A stretch of DNA of 58,832 bases from Methanomassiliicoccales archaeon UBA147 (GTDB lineage: Archaea; Thermoplasmatota; Thermoplasmata; SG8-5): assembly GCA_002496385.1 (NCBI GenBank), contig DAJR01000022.1, positions 1 through 58,832 of the forward strand. The letters are read 5' to 3'. Position 1 is the first letter of the stretch. Every line of letters begins with the position of its first letter. This document shows, one piece after another, positions 1 to 9,149 of this stretch. The position numbers were made by a program, and so were the translations under genes. The notes under the pieces were generated by a model. It was not told the DNA's origin and made no database searches. It worked only from the letters and a program-made list of their open reading frames with translations.

Positions 1-59
1 CTGCCATATGGTAAACATCCAGCCCGGCCGCTATCGCCGTATTCAAAATTCGGCGTAGT

Positions 60-208
60 CGCAAACCATACCTGGTTTGCGTTAGGCCGAGGCTATGCCT
101 CGACCGGTTCGCAACGAATATCGTTGCTCCAAACGCCAGCCCTGGCAATAAACGCCAGCCACTTTCGCTAACCATACTTGGTTAGCGTTAAGACGAGGCT
201 GTGCCTCG
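60..208. repeat. Two copies (60-102, 166-208; 106-bp period) of a double-hairpin unit, with a third hairpin at 111-127
   Basis: CGCAAACCA-tacc-TGGTTTGCG and CGCTAACCA-tact-TGGTTAGCG are perfect stems with a compensatory change. Both are followed at the same offset by CGAGGC-tNt-GCCTCG. GCAACGA-ata-TCGTTGC lies between the copies. Confidence 0.85.
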
Positions 209-228
209 CCTGTTTAGGGGCTGGTAGT

Positions 229-1233
229 TTACACAACGCGCTTCTTCGAGACCTTCTTGGCCGGTTTCGTCTCGATCTTTGAGCCGCAGGCGTAACACAT
301 GACCGCGTCGTTGCTTATCATTGTGCCGCACGATGGGCACGGGATTTCCTCGTCCCCGCCCGCAGCGGCCTCTTCCTCGGCCGGGGCTTCCTCCTCGCCG
401 ATCTGGGTCCCGCAGGCATAACACATGACCGCGTCGTTGCTTATCATTGTGCCGCACGATGGGCAGGGAACCTCGTTCTCGCCGCCGGCAGCGGGTGCCG
501 GCTCTTCGACCTTCTCGGGCTCAGGCTCGGGTGTCGGTTCCGGTGCGGGCTCTTCGACCTTCTCGGCCTTTTTCTTCTCGGCTTTCGGGGCAGGGCTGGT
601 CACGGCGCCTCTCAGTTGTTCCTCCTGGTCAAGGAGCTGCTTCTCCTTCTCCATGAGCTTCTTGCCGTCACTGATGAGCCTCTCCTTGCTGGCGCCAAGC
701 TCCTTCTCTTCCTGGGCCAGGGCTTTCTCCCTAGACAATATCTCTTCTGTTTTGGATTTGAACTGGTCAACGATCGAAGCTAGCTCAGAGGCTGCGCTCT
801 GGGCCTTTTCCTCTGCCTCGATGAACCCCTTCCTCTTCTTGGATATCTCCTCCTCGATCTTCTGGATCTCTTCCTGTCTCTTCAGGATTTCCTTCTCCTG
901 GGATGCGAACTCCTTCTGTCTCCGGGTGATGTCCGCCTCTCTTTCTTTGAGGCCGCTTTCCAGTTGGAGGATGTTCTCCTTCTGGGATTCGAAGCCCGCC
1001 TCCTCCTCCTTGAGTTTGGCCGATTTCTTATCCAGTTCGCTCATTTTGGAGGAAAGTTGGCTTTCCTTGGAACTCAGCTCTTGCTCCTTTGATTCCAGTT
1101 CCTTCTCTTTCGCCTCGAGGGCGCCGGTCTTTTCCTGGATCTCTGCGGTCTTCTGCCTGAGGTCCATCTCTTTCTGCTTGAACTGCTCGGCCTGTTTTTG
1201 CATTACTTCCCAAATTGATGGTTCATCACCCAA
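229..1233 (-). CDS. Coiled-coil protein with two C-terminal zinc ribbons
   Basis: Long E/K/Q heptad-like N-terminus, P/E-rich linker, and two CPSCG..N.A.MCYACG motifs. TTG start. Confidence 0.8.
   Translation of the reverse strand: MGDEPSIWEVMQKQAEQFKQKEMDLRQKTAEIQEKTGALEAKEKELESKEQELSSKESQLSSKMSELDKKSAKLKEEEAGFESQKENILQLESGLKEREADITRRQKEFASQEKEILKRQEEIQKIEEEISKKRKGFIEAEEKAQSAASELASIVDQFKSKTEEILSREKALAQEEKELGASKERLISDGKKLMEKEKQLLDQEEQLRGAVTSPAPKAEKKKAEKVEEPAPEPTPEPEPEKVEEPAPAAGGENEVPCPSCGTMISNDAVMCYACGTQIGEEEAPAEEEAAAGGDEEIPCPSCGTMISNDAVMCYACGSKIETKPAKKVSKKRVV
293..465. repeat. 47-bp identical intragenic duplication (293-339, 419-465) encoding the zinc-ribbon core
   Basis: taacacatgaccgcgtcgttgcttatcattgtgccgcacgatgggca occurs twice, 126 bp apart (in frame). 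Confidence 0.9.
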
Positions 1234-1320
1234 AGGAATTCCTCCTCATGACTCGAATCTTATTGGACGCGGATACTTTTATACATTAAGTAATTTTGGA
1301 TTAAATCGGGAGGTCTGACA

Positions 1321-2031
1321 CTACTCCCCCGTATCGAATATCGGGCCCAGGACGACTATGCCTTCCTTTCCCACCTCGACCGCGTGTTTTTCCATGCTGT
1401 GCTGCGTCGCCCTCATCTTCTCGACCTGGAGGTATCTCACCAGCTTGCCCCGGTTCCTGTCCAGGCCAAGCATTATTATTCCGTCAACAAGGAAACCCTC
1501 GTTCCCGAGAAGTTGGGATTCCGCGTCGGCCGATCTTTCCATGACTATGAATGCGGTGATATTGTTGTCCCTAAGCATCTTGAAGAAGTAGAACATCCGT
1601 TTGCGCATCTTGTTGACATCCTCCATCAGCGAATAGAGCGCGCCGAGGGAATCCAGGCAGAAAACCGAGAACTTGTCTCCGTATTTCTTCTTGAAATAGA
1701 CAATCATTTTCTCTATGAATTTGATGTAATCTGTCTCGTCGCCCTGATCGACGACCTTGTCCACTTCCCTCAGGTCCGTGAAATCGGAGATTTGCATGTG
1801 CGGTGAAAGCTTGATTCCCAGGCTCTTCATGTTCCTCAGATGGCTCTTCGAGGATTCTTCGAGTGTGCAATAAAGCCCGAACTGGTTCACAGACTCGAGA
1901 TACTTGGACATCAGCGTGTAGCAGAAGCTGGTCTTCATTGAGCCCGGAGGTCCGGTGATGAGCACAACGCTCGGCGGTTCTATGTCGGTCTTGAACACTT
2001 TTTCCATACCGGGAATCGAATTTTTGAACAT
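1321..2031 (-). CDS. KaiC-like/RAD55 family RecA-fold ATPase (single domain)
   Basis: Walker A GPPGSMKTS, Walker B-type FCLDSL, LVDGII and RYLQVEKMR motifs typical of archaeal RAD55/KaiC proteins. Confidence 0.85.
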   Translation of the reverse strand: MFKNSIPGMEKVFKTDIEPPSVVLITGPPGSMKTSFCYTLMSKYLESVNQFGLYCTLEESSKSHLRNMKSLGIKLSPHMQISDFTDLREVDKVVDQGDETDYIKFIEKMIVYFKKKYGDKFSVFCLDSLGALYSLMEDVNKMRKRMFYFFKMLRDNNITAFIVMERSADAESQLLGNEGFLVDGIIMLGLDRNRGKLVRYLQVEKMRATQHSMEKHAVEVGKEGIVVLGPIFDTGE

Positions 2032-2239
2032 CGTATGCCCCCTTCAATCATTGTCAGCGGCTTGAAGGCATTTTTAGGATTTATACTTACCCATTCCTCT
2101 TTTTATCCGTGTTCAGTAATTATTAATACCAAAATGAGATTTACCGATGATAAGTTGACAGGGTGATTGTCTGGCAGATGAAACCGGCACGCAGGAAAAA
2201 CGCACCTGCCCAGTTTGCGACGAACTGGTTTCGCAAGAT

Positions 2240-3823
2240 ATGAAGGTTTGCCCCTCGTGCAGCACAGATTTATCGCTTTTCTCCGCGGACGATGCAGGGG
2301 CAACGCCCGAGGACCCCGACGAATTGAAGAAGGCGCTTCTTTCATCCGGGAACGGCCACCTCACCGACCTTCTCGAGGCCGCCGAGAACGAAACTATTCC
2401 CTCCTCCCCGTCGCCGCCTCCCGCCCAGATTGTTTACGAAGAGTCCGTGGAATGCCCGGCGTGCAATAAGCCCATCCCCGCCGATGCCGCAAAATGTCCG
2501 CACTGCGGCGTGGAGTTCGAGGTCGAGGAGGTTTTCGAGTGCCCGATGTGCGGGACTCTGATAGACATCAATGTCAACAAGTGCCCGAGCTGCAATGCCG
2601 AGTTCGAGACCGAGGAAGCTCAGCCAGAACCCCAACCGGCCCCCCAACCCGCCGAGCCTGTCAAGGCAGAGCCCCCGCCGCCCGAACCGAGGAAGGAGCC
2701 ACTGAGCTTCGCCGAGCGCATGAAGGCCATGAAGGACGAGCCTTCAGCGCCGAAGACGACGCCCCCGTCGGAACCAAAGAGGGAAATGACCTTCGCCGAG
2801 CGCATGAAGGCCATGAAGGATGAGAAAACTATCAGCGAAGCCAAGCCGCCCGCCGCAACCCCCGAGCCTGCGCCCGCCCCTGCACCCGATACAGCACGCG
2901 CCCCCGCCCCCGAAACCGCACTCGCCCCCGCACCGAAAGAAACGGCGCCTGCCACCCCCCCGCCCAAGGGGGAGATGAGCCTTTCCGATAGGGTTAGGTC
3001 TCTAAAGGAAGGGACCCCAGCAGCTGCCAAAGCCGAACCCGCTGCCGCGCACGATGACTCGGCCAAGGAAGGCTTCAAGGAACTTCCGAAATACATCGGC
3101 GAGGTGAAGAAACTCCTTGTCATGGCCAACGAGCTGAAGATTGATGCGTCCGCGAGCAAAGCGCTCATAAACAAGGCCGTGGCCGCCGGCAAATCCCGCG
3201 ACCTTGAAAACGCCATCAAGTTCGTGAAGGACGGCAAATCCGGGCTGGAGAGGGACATCCGGTCATCGATATTGTCAAAGCTGAGAACCTTAGAAACCGC
3301 ACTTTCCATCGAAAAGAAATCCGGGAGGGATGTATCGCGGTTCGAGAATTCGGTTGGCGAGATACGGAAATCGATGGACATTGCAGATTTCCAGACCGCC
3401 TGTGACACCTTGAAGAAGGTGGAAGAGGAGATGCTGAGGACTACCACGACGAACATCTCCCAGGTGGAGCTCGAATCCGTTTCCTGTGCACTCGTCGATG
3501 CGGAGTACCTTCAGCTCAATGTCAGCGAGGCCAGATCATTGTACGATCTCGCAATCCAGGCCAAGGATGACCCGGTCAAATCCTCCCAGTATTCGAAACA
3601 GGCCACCGAGGTTCTCAACAGAATTCTGCCGTCTTATATCGCCGGCGAGATGAGAAAGGCCAAAATCACCCTGAGGGAAATCAAGATGATGAATGTGGAC
3701 ATATCGACCCCCGTCAACCTTCTGAAGGAAGCCAATGACCATGTCCTCAACGGAGACTACAGCGCAGCCCTGGGCGCTGTCAAAAAATTCCGGGAGTTCG
3801 TGGACAGGGCGCAGGGCCAATGA
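2240..3823 (+). CDS. Multi-zinc-ribbon protein with Pro/Ala-rich linker and helical C-terminal domain
   Basis: CPSC at the N-terminus, then CPAC..CPHC and CPMC..CPSC double zinc ribbons, three [LM]S/TF.[ED]R[MV]K.[ML]K[DE] repeats, and an alpha-helical C-terminus. Confidence 0.8.
   Translation: MKVCPSCSTDLSLFSADDAGATPEDPDELKKALLSSGNGHLTDLLEAAENETIPSSPSPPPAQIVYEESVECPACNKPIPADAAKCPHCGVEFEVEEVFECPMCGTLIDINVNKCPSCNAEFETEEAQPEPQPAPQPAEPVKAEPPPPEPRKEPLSFAERMKAMKDEPSAPKTTPPSEPKREMTFAERMKAMKDEKTISEAKPPAATPEPAPAPAPDTARAPAPETALAPAPKETAPATPPPKGEMSLSDRVRSLKEGTPAAAKAEPAAAHDDSAKEGFKELPKYIGEVKKLLVMANELKIDASASKALINKAVAAGKSRDLENAIKFVKDGKSGLERDIRSSILSKLRTLETALSIEKKSGRDVSRFENSVGEIRKSMDIADFQTACDTLKKVEEEMLRTTTTNISQVELESVSCALVDAEYLQLNVSEARSLYDLAIQAKDDPVKSSQYSKQATEVLNRILPSYIAGEMRKAKITLREIKMMNVDISTPVNLLKEANDHVLNGDYSAALGAVKKFREFVDRAQGQ
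2707..2820 (+). repeat. 30-bp identical intragenic repeat (2707-2736, 2791-2820) encoding FAERMKAMK
   Basis: cttcgccgagcgcatgaaggccatgaagga occurs twice, 84 bp apart. Confidence 0.9.
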
Positions 3824-3888
3824 ACGCCTGGTAGAGCAATGCGCCGAAATCAGGCATGGTTTTGTCCCGTGAGATATGACGGCCAGTT

Positions 3889-6270
3889 CTATTGCGTACG
3901 CCGGGGGTCGGTTCCCAGGAAGCTGATTATCTCCATCTCCCTTTCCAGGATCTTGAGGCCCTGCTCTCCTATTGTCTCCGGTGTCACCGATGTGATGAAA
4001 ATCGCCTCGCTCTCGGAAACCTCGTCGATGAGCCTTCTAAGGAACCTGAGCACGGAGTCGAAGTTGTTATTGCTGATGAGATAATCCAGGCCGTCGATGA
4101 GCAGTATCGATTTTCCCGGCGTGTTCAGGAAATCCTCGATTTTGTAGATTATCCTTTCGAGCACCGGCATCACCCTCGTCTCGGAATCCCCCTCTTTGTC
4201 GGTGAGCCAGAGAATGGCAGCCTCTCCAACGTCGAACTGCTCCTTCACGCGTTTGGGGTTGATCCTTGTCAGTGCCAGGCCCTTCAGCCCCATGTTGAGG
4301 CTGTCCACGAAGTACTCGAAGCATTTCACCGGCCTTTCCTCTTCGATCAGGTAGCTGTGCGAGAGTTTCAGCCGTTCGTCGCGCTTCTGGAGGGGCACCA
4401 GGTCCGAGGTGATTTTCGCCTCTTCCCCCTGTTCCGCCCCTGCGGGGATCTCATCCTTGAGCGCAAGTCTGGCTGTGTCAAGAGTGATGGGCGCCTTCAT
4501 GAGTTCTGAATATGCTTCCAGGGTCTTCAGGGCACCCTCCAGCATGCGGATGTTCTGGGTGTAGCTCCTTGCGATGAAATTCAGGACATCATCGCCTATG
4601 ACCATCCTCTTTGCCTCGGCCTTCTTCCGGAGTATGGCAACCCTCGTTTCGAGATCGGGCGGCTGGATCTCCGTGGCCAGGCCGCCGTCGAACCTTGAAA
4701 TCAGCCTGTCTTTCATGCCGGCCAGCTCCCTAATCGGCCGGTCCGAGGTCATGACGATTTGCCTTCCATCCTTGTGAAGCGCGTTGAAGATGTGGAACAA
4801 CTCCTCCTGAACCGCCTCCTGCCCTGCAATGAACTGGATATCGTCCAGAAGCAGGAAATCCAGGTCCCGGTATTTTTTCTTGAATTCCTTCTTCCTGTTC
4901 CCCCTTATCGATTCTATGAACTCGTTGATGAATTTCTCCGAGGAAATGTACAAAACCCGCTTTGTCGGGTAATTCGCCATGACATAATTGCCGATGGCAT
5001 GAAGGATGTGCGTCTTTCCGAGCCCGGAGGCACTGCAGATGAAAAGAGGATTGTAATGCGAGGAACCGGGCTTCGCCACCGCCGTCGCCGCTGATTGGCT
5101 GAATCTGTTGGACTCGCCCACCACAAAATTGTCGAATGTGAATTCCGGAATGACATTGGATTCTCCGGCCTGCAAGGTCTTGCTGTCAGCCGGCAAATTG
5201 CCGGCACCGCAGGTGGGGCAGGTGGTTTTTCCGTAAAGGTCCGCCCCGCAGACCGTGCATCTTCCGTCTGGAGCTTTCTCCGTGGGAATGATGTCCCCCT
5301 GGCCTTCCAGCTTTTCCTCGAGTTCCTCCTCCAATCCGTTCAGGCCCAGGGTTAGATCGTCCGTTTCGGGCTTTTGAACCGGTGCCGCTGGCTTCGGTTC
5401 GGCCTTCGGCGCGGGGGGTTTTGCCTCGAGCTGCGAGAGCGCTTCCTCTCTCTGCCTTGCCTTCTCCATCTCTATCTTCAGCTTCAGGCCCTGGATTGCG
5501 GCTTCGATTGCTGTTATCTTCGACGGGTTCTTGAGCATGGCCTTTATTCGTTCCACATCGTTGGCGAATTTACCGCAATCGAGGGCTTCCATTTCCTGCC
5601 TGAGGAATTCTGAGCGCGTAATATTGTTCTCGAATTGCTTGAAAGCAAGTTCCGCTTTTGAAGCGTCCTTGTGAATCTCCTCCTGGAGGAATTTCACCAC
5701 ATATCCCCTTGACTGCCACTCCTCCAGTTTGTTCCTCATCTCTTCCGGGACGCCCTCGAGGGCTGCCGGGTGTTGCTGGTCACCGTTGTCGCTCCAGGCA
5801 AGCGAAAAACGTGTCCTTCTTTTCAAAAGCTTTTTTTCACCCGGTCTGACAACGGCCGAATTTGGATATGCCAGGAGTATAGTCGTGATGTCAACCCTCC
5901 CGTGCACCTCCAGGGCGCAGTCATTGTCGTAACTGTCCCCCCATGCGAGTTTGAGCCCCTCCTCCCCGACCTTTGTCGGTATGAAAAGGTTCGCCGAGCG
6001 CCTTCCGTAAATCGCAGCGATCAGGATTCCGTCCTTAATTACCAGATAGCCTTCCGAAATGTAATTGTCGCGTTCCTTCTTCGTGAGCACATAACCCGTG
6101 AAACCGAATTTTTTCAGTTTCTCGAAACTCAGTTCAAGAGCCTTTTGGCTGCCGTGAATAGTGCTTAATATCCTTCCCTCTGGAATGTTCTCGGGGGCTA
6201 TCTGCAACACCTGCCTAACGCTATCTTCCAGGCCGAATCCGGCACAGGGTGAAGCCAAATATTGAACCAT
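3889..6270 (-). CDS. Fusion protein: DUF2226-like N-domain + coiled coil + zinc ribbon + bacterial DnaA-type AAA+ domain + C-terminal DUF835; true start may be the GTG at 6210
   Basis: DnaA domain III hallmarks: FTFDNFVVGESN, YNPLFI, SGLGKTH, LLLDDIQF, QEELFHIFN, TSDR, RLISRF, PPDLETRVAIL, NIRMLEGAL. The C-terminus (GLALTRINP, ILWLT, ILLIDGLDYLISNNNF..VLRFL..L.DEV) is DUF835-like. DnaA domain IV is absent. Confidence 0.85.
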   Translation of the reverse strand: MVQYLASPCAGFGLEDSVRQVLQIAPENIPEGRILSTIHGSQKALELSFEKLKKFGFTGYVLTKKERDNYISEGYLVIKDGILIAAIYGRRSANLFIPTKVGEEGLKLAWGDSYDNDCALEVHGRVDITTILLAYPNSAVVRPGEKKLLKRRTRFSLAWSDNGDQQHPAALEGVPEEMRNKLEEWQSRGYVVKFLQEEIHKDASKAELAFKQFENNITRSEFLRQEMEALDCGKFANDVERIKAMLKNPSKITAIEAAIQGLKLKIEMEKARQREEALSQLEAKPPAPKAEPKPAAPVQKPETDDLTLGLNGLEEELEEKLEGQGDIIPTEKAPDGRCTVCGADLYGKTTCPTCGAGNLPADSKTLQAGESNVIPEFTFDNFVVGESNRFSQSAATAVAKPGSSHYNPLFICSASGLGKTHILHAIGNYVMANYPTKRVLYISSEKFINEFIESIRGNRKKEFKKKYRDLDFLLLDDIQFIAGQEAVQEELFHIFNALHKDGRQIVMTSDRPIRELAGMKDRLISRFDGGLATEIQPPDLETRVAILRKKAEAKRMVIGDDVLNFIARSYTQNIRMLEGALKTLEAYSELMKAPITLDTARLALKDEIPAGAEQGEEAKITSDLVPLQKRDERLKLSHSYLIEEERPVKCFEYFVDSLNMGLKGLALTRINPKRVKEQFDVGEAAILWLTDKEGDSETRVMPVLERIIYKIEDFLNTPGKSILLIDGLDYLISNNNFDSVLRFLRRLIDEVSESEAIFITSVTPETIGEQGLKILEREMEIISFLGTDPRRTQ

Positions 6271-6357
6271 GTTATATAAGTTTTCAGTAAGAGAACAAAC
6301 TTGAAGAATCTTAATATAAAAGTATAAAATGGGGTTCGTGTATAAGGGTGTGATACC

Positions 6358-6759
6358 ATGCTTACCGAAATCAGCGAACTATTGGGAATGGAAGTCTATA
6401 CCGACAAAGGGATCGCCCTCGGCAATGTCGACGACCTCATAATTGAGACAGACAGCCAGAAGATCGACGGGCTATTCATCGGCAACCCGAACCCGCTGCT
6501 CGTCGAGCATTCCAAGCCCGTCAGCGTCCCCTACAGGTGGATAAACAATGTGGGCGACATCATTATCCTCAAGTATTTCCCGAAATTCGTGCAGACCGGC
6601 CCCTCTCCCGAAAGAATTCCCAAGGTCAGGAAACTGGCTGAAGATGTGAAACATTTCGCCCACTCGACCGAGGAGAAGCTCATGCATGCGGAGCATGTGG
6701 CCGCCGACAAGCTGAAGGCCGGCGGCAAGACCCTGTCCGACGAGATCAAGGAGATCTAG
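6358..6759 (+). CDS. PRC-barrel domain protein
   Basis: SELLGMEVYTDKGIALGNVDDLII...VGDIIIL matches the PRC-barrel pattern. Confidence 0.85.
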   Translation: MLTEISELLGMEVYTDKGIALGNVDDLIIETDSQKIDGLFIGNPNPLLVEHSKPVSVPYRWINNVGDIIILKYFPKFVQTGPSPERIPKVRKLAEDVKHFAHSTEEKLMHAEHVAADKLKAGGKTLSDEIKEI

Positions 6760-7715
6760 ATCTTCCTTATTTTTCCCATCATCGGCTCGTATATCAGGCC
6801 TTTATCTAGCAGGCCTTCCGCCGCGGTGTCGAACGCCTCTTTCTTCAGCCCGGCCTTCTTTGCGGCCTTCTCCAGCAAGTCCCAGTCCATTCCGGTCGCT
6901 TTTGGGTCCGAGCCGGTTATGACTTTCAGCAGCTTCTCCTCATCGGCGGTCAGCTCTTCGTCGCTGTCTTCCTTGGGTTCCGGCTCTATGGCCGGAGGCG
7001 CCGGCGGTGTGTCGATGCTCTCCTCGAACTCGTCATAGTCAGCAGCTTCCGTTTCCTCCTTCTCTTCAGCCTCGGGGAGGTCGGGCGTTCCGCCCTCCTC
7101 CGGTATAAGATACCTGAGCGAGTCGATCAGCATCGTATGGTATTTCTCCAGGGGGATATCGCCGTAATGCTCCATGGCGCGGACTATGCCGTCCGCCAGG
7201 CTCTGGCGGTATCCCAGTTTCTCAAGGGCTTCGGCGGTCGGTTCCTCCATCTTCACGGCCTCCGAGACGGCGTCCAGCCGCTGCCTGAGGCCGATGCATC
7301 CGTCCAGAACCCATGCGTCCCTTGCAGATTTCTCGACCGGCATCACGGTCTCGGGCCGCACTGAGATGTACATGACCCCGCCCTCCGGCGAATACACCCT
7401 CACCTTTCCGATTATGGCGGCGAATCCGGGCACTGTCAACTTGGACATGGCCAGCGCCGCATCGGGCTGGAATTGTCCGGCTGAGATGTAGGTCGTTCCA
7501 GTGGGGTCTATCAGCTTCGCCCTCCAGAGCGGCTCCTCGGGCGAGCCGACGTTCTCAAGGTCGGTGATGACGCCGACGATGTAAACACGGTTCACCCTCG
7601 CGCCAAGCGGCGTTATGACATATGTCGGGGCGCGTTCTTCTTCGCCTGTCATGACCAGCGAGGAGTCGTTCAATTCCCCGGCGAACATCCTCCATGCGAC
7701 TTCCCTGGCGTTCAT
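6756..7715 (-). CDS. RPA32-like OB-fold subunit with C-terminal winged helix
   Basis: REVAWRMFAGEL..PTYVITPLGARVNRVYIVGV..DPTGT family signature, acidic linker, GLIYEP wHTH tail. Overlaps the upstream RPA gene by ATGA. Confidence 0.85.
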   Translation of the reverse strand: MNAREVAWRMFAGELNDSSLVMTGEEERAPTYVITPLGARVNRVYIVGVITDLENVGSPEEPLWRAKLIDPTGTTYISAGQFQPDAALAMSKLTVPGFAAIIGKVRVYSPEGGVMYISVRPETVMPVEKSARDAWVLDGCIGLRQRLDAVSEAVKMEEPTAEALEKLGYRQSLADGIVRAMEHYGDIPLEKYHTMLIDSLRYLIPEEGGTPDLPEAEEKEETEAADYDEFEESIDTPPAPPAIEPEPKEDSDEELTADEEKLLKVITGSDPKATGMDWDLLEKAAKKAGLKKEAFDTAAEGLLDKGLIYEPMMGKIRKI

Positions 7716-9019
7716 GTCAATTCCTCCAACATCTTCCTGGCGGACGCCTGCGGTTCAATTTCAAGGAAATCCGTGCCGCTGGCTATCATCATGAGGCCGA
7801 ACTCGTCCGACGTCACGTTCCCGGTGACGCAGACCGGTTTCGCCACCAGCCTGTTGAACAGCTGGTCCTTGATGATGCCCTGGTCCATGGCCTTGGTCGC
7901 TTCCTTCAGGCACTTGTCCAGGGACTTGCCCAACAGTCTTTCCGTGATGTCCTTGTTCATAATGACGTTGAGGGCCCCGGTGCCGTCATCGACGATGGCC
8001 TTGATGCGCAGGTCGGGCTTCCCCTCCTGCTCGCCGTGCACCCGGCAGATGTTCTTCTGCAGGGCGCGGTTGCACTCGGGACACCTGAAGACCAGGCCGC
8101 TTCCCTCCCTCACATCGAGGATGACGCCGTTAATCGCAGCATCGACCATTCCCCCGACCCTGGAGAGATAGTCCACAGTGATTGCCGCAGGTTTCTCGAG
8201 GTCGACGCTGGACGGCATCTTCTCCTTGGACTTCTCCACCGCCGCCGCATCGAAATTCAGCTGGGGCATCCCCCTCCACTTCCTCAGGTAGCCGCTGTTG
8301 ACCTTGACGATGTCGCCCTCCTTGAACTTGGCGACGCCCCAGCATGTGAACGAAACCTTTCCTGTCTCATCCGCCATAATGCCGGACATCACCTCTTTCT
8401 TCTCGCCGCTGACCGTGACCTCCCTTGTCTCGACGGTGAGCATCCTCCCGACCACCGACAGGTTGCCGGTGGCCTCTCCGAGGTCGATGATCTTGCAGGG
8501 CTTTGCAGGCTTGAAATTGCCGCCGCCCTTGAACTCGGGCAGCTCGGATTTGTCCGCCTTGGCGACCTTTCCCCGGTAGCCAACATTCACCTGCGGCTCC
8601 TCCCTGTACTCGGTGATGTAAGCATGTTCTATCCTGATTACATCGCCCTTGCTGAGGGCAAGCTCTCCCTTCTCCCAGATGGTGAACGGCACTGTGCCGC
8701 TCTCGTCGCCGATTATGCCCGAGATGATGGGCTTCTCCTGCCCCTCCTGCTTGATTGTCTTTTCCGTTACGAAAACCACCCTGCAAAGCAGGTTCACGTT
8801 CTTGTCCAGTGGGGTCAGTTCCTTGATGGATTTCTTGTCCCCCTCGGGGGAATAACTCCCTCCGCCGTGCTTCTTGATGACAAGTTTCGCGGCTTCCTCG
8901 GCCCCGAACCTGAACTCCTCGATGTAGTGTTTCAGGTCCTTCTCTATCTCTTTCCTGTCGGCATTCTCGCCGACAGCCTTCGCAATGTCTTTCACGTATT
9001 TTTCATACTTCTCTGCCAT
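7712..9019 (-). CDS. rpa: Replication protein A large subunit (multiple OB folds + zinc finger)
   Basis: Repeated GDESGTVPFTIW / ADETGKVSFTCW / DDGTGAL OB motifs and a CPECNR..CRVHG zinc finger. Confidence 0.9.
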   Translation of the reverse strand: MAEKYEKYVKDIAKAVGENADRKEIEKDLKHYIEEFRFGAEEAAKLVIKKHGGGSYSPEGDKKSIKELTPLDKNVNLLCRVVFVTEKTIKQEGQEKPIISGIIGDESGTVPFTIWEKGELALSKGDVIRIEHAYITEYREEPQVNVGYRGKVAKADKSELPEFKGGGNFKPAKPCKIIDLGEATGNLSVVGRMLTVETREVTVSGEKKEVMSGIMADETGKVSFTCWGVAKFKEGDIVKVNSGYLRKWRGMPQLNFDAAAVEKSKEKMPSSVDLEKPAAITVDYLSRVGGMVDAAINGVILDVREGSGLVFRCPECNRALQKNICRVHGEQEGKPDLRIKAIVDDGTGALNVIMNKDITERLLGKSLDKCLKEATKAMDQGIIKDQLFNRLVAKPVCVTGNVTSDEFGLMMIASGTDFLEIEPQASARKMLEELT

Positions 9020-9070
9020 GGGTTCACATCCTGTTCATTGGTGAACTGTCACATTCCCGATTGGCGGGGA

Positions 9071-9149
9071 CATATAAAAGGGTTGACCGGGGGTGGGCGA
9101 AAGTATTAGCCCGGTAATCGACATCGTTTCTCAAATGGCGATTACCGGG
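9071..9149 (-). promoter_or_regulatory. TATA-like box for the rpa operon plus an upstream 11-bp inverted repeat
   Basis: Minus-strand TTTTATATG at 9071-9079. CCCGGTAATCG (9110-9120) / CGATTACCGGG (9139-9149) is a perfect inverted repeat. Confidence 0.45.

Noticed and set aside
6271-6357. Bacterial-style oriC beside the DnaA-like gene
   Set aside because: The intergenic region is short and reads as divergent AT-rich promoters. I saw no TTATCCACA cluster and the protein lacks domain IV.
7694-9109. 471-aa plus-strand ORF
   Set aside because: Antisense shadow of rpa in GC-rich DNA, with no recognisable motifs.
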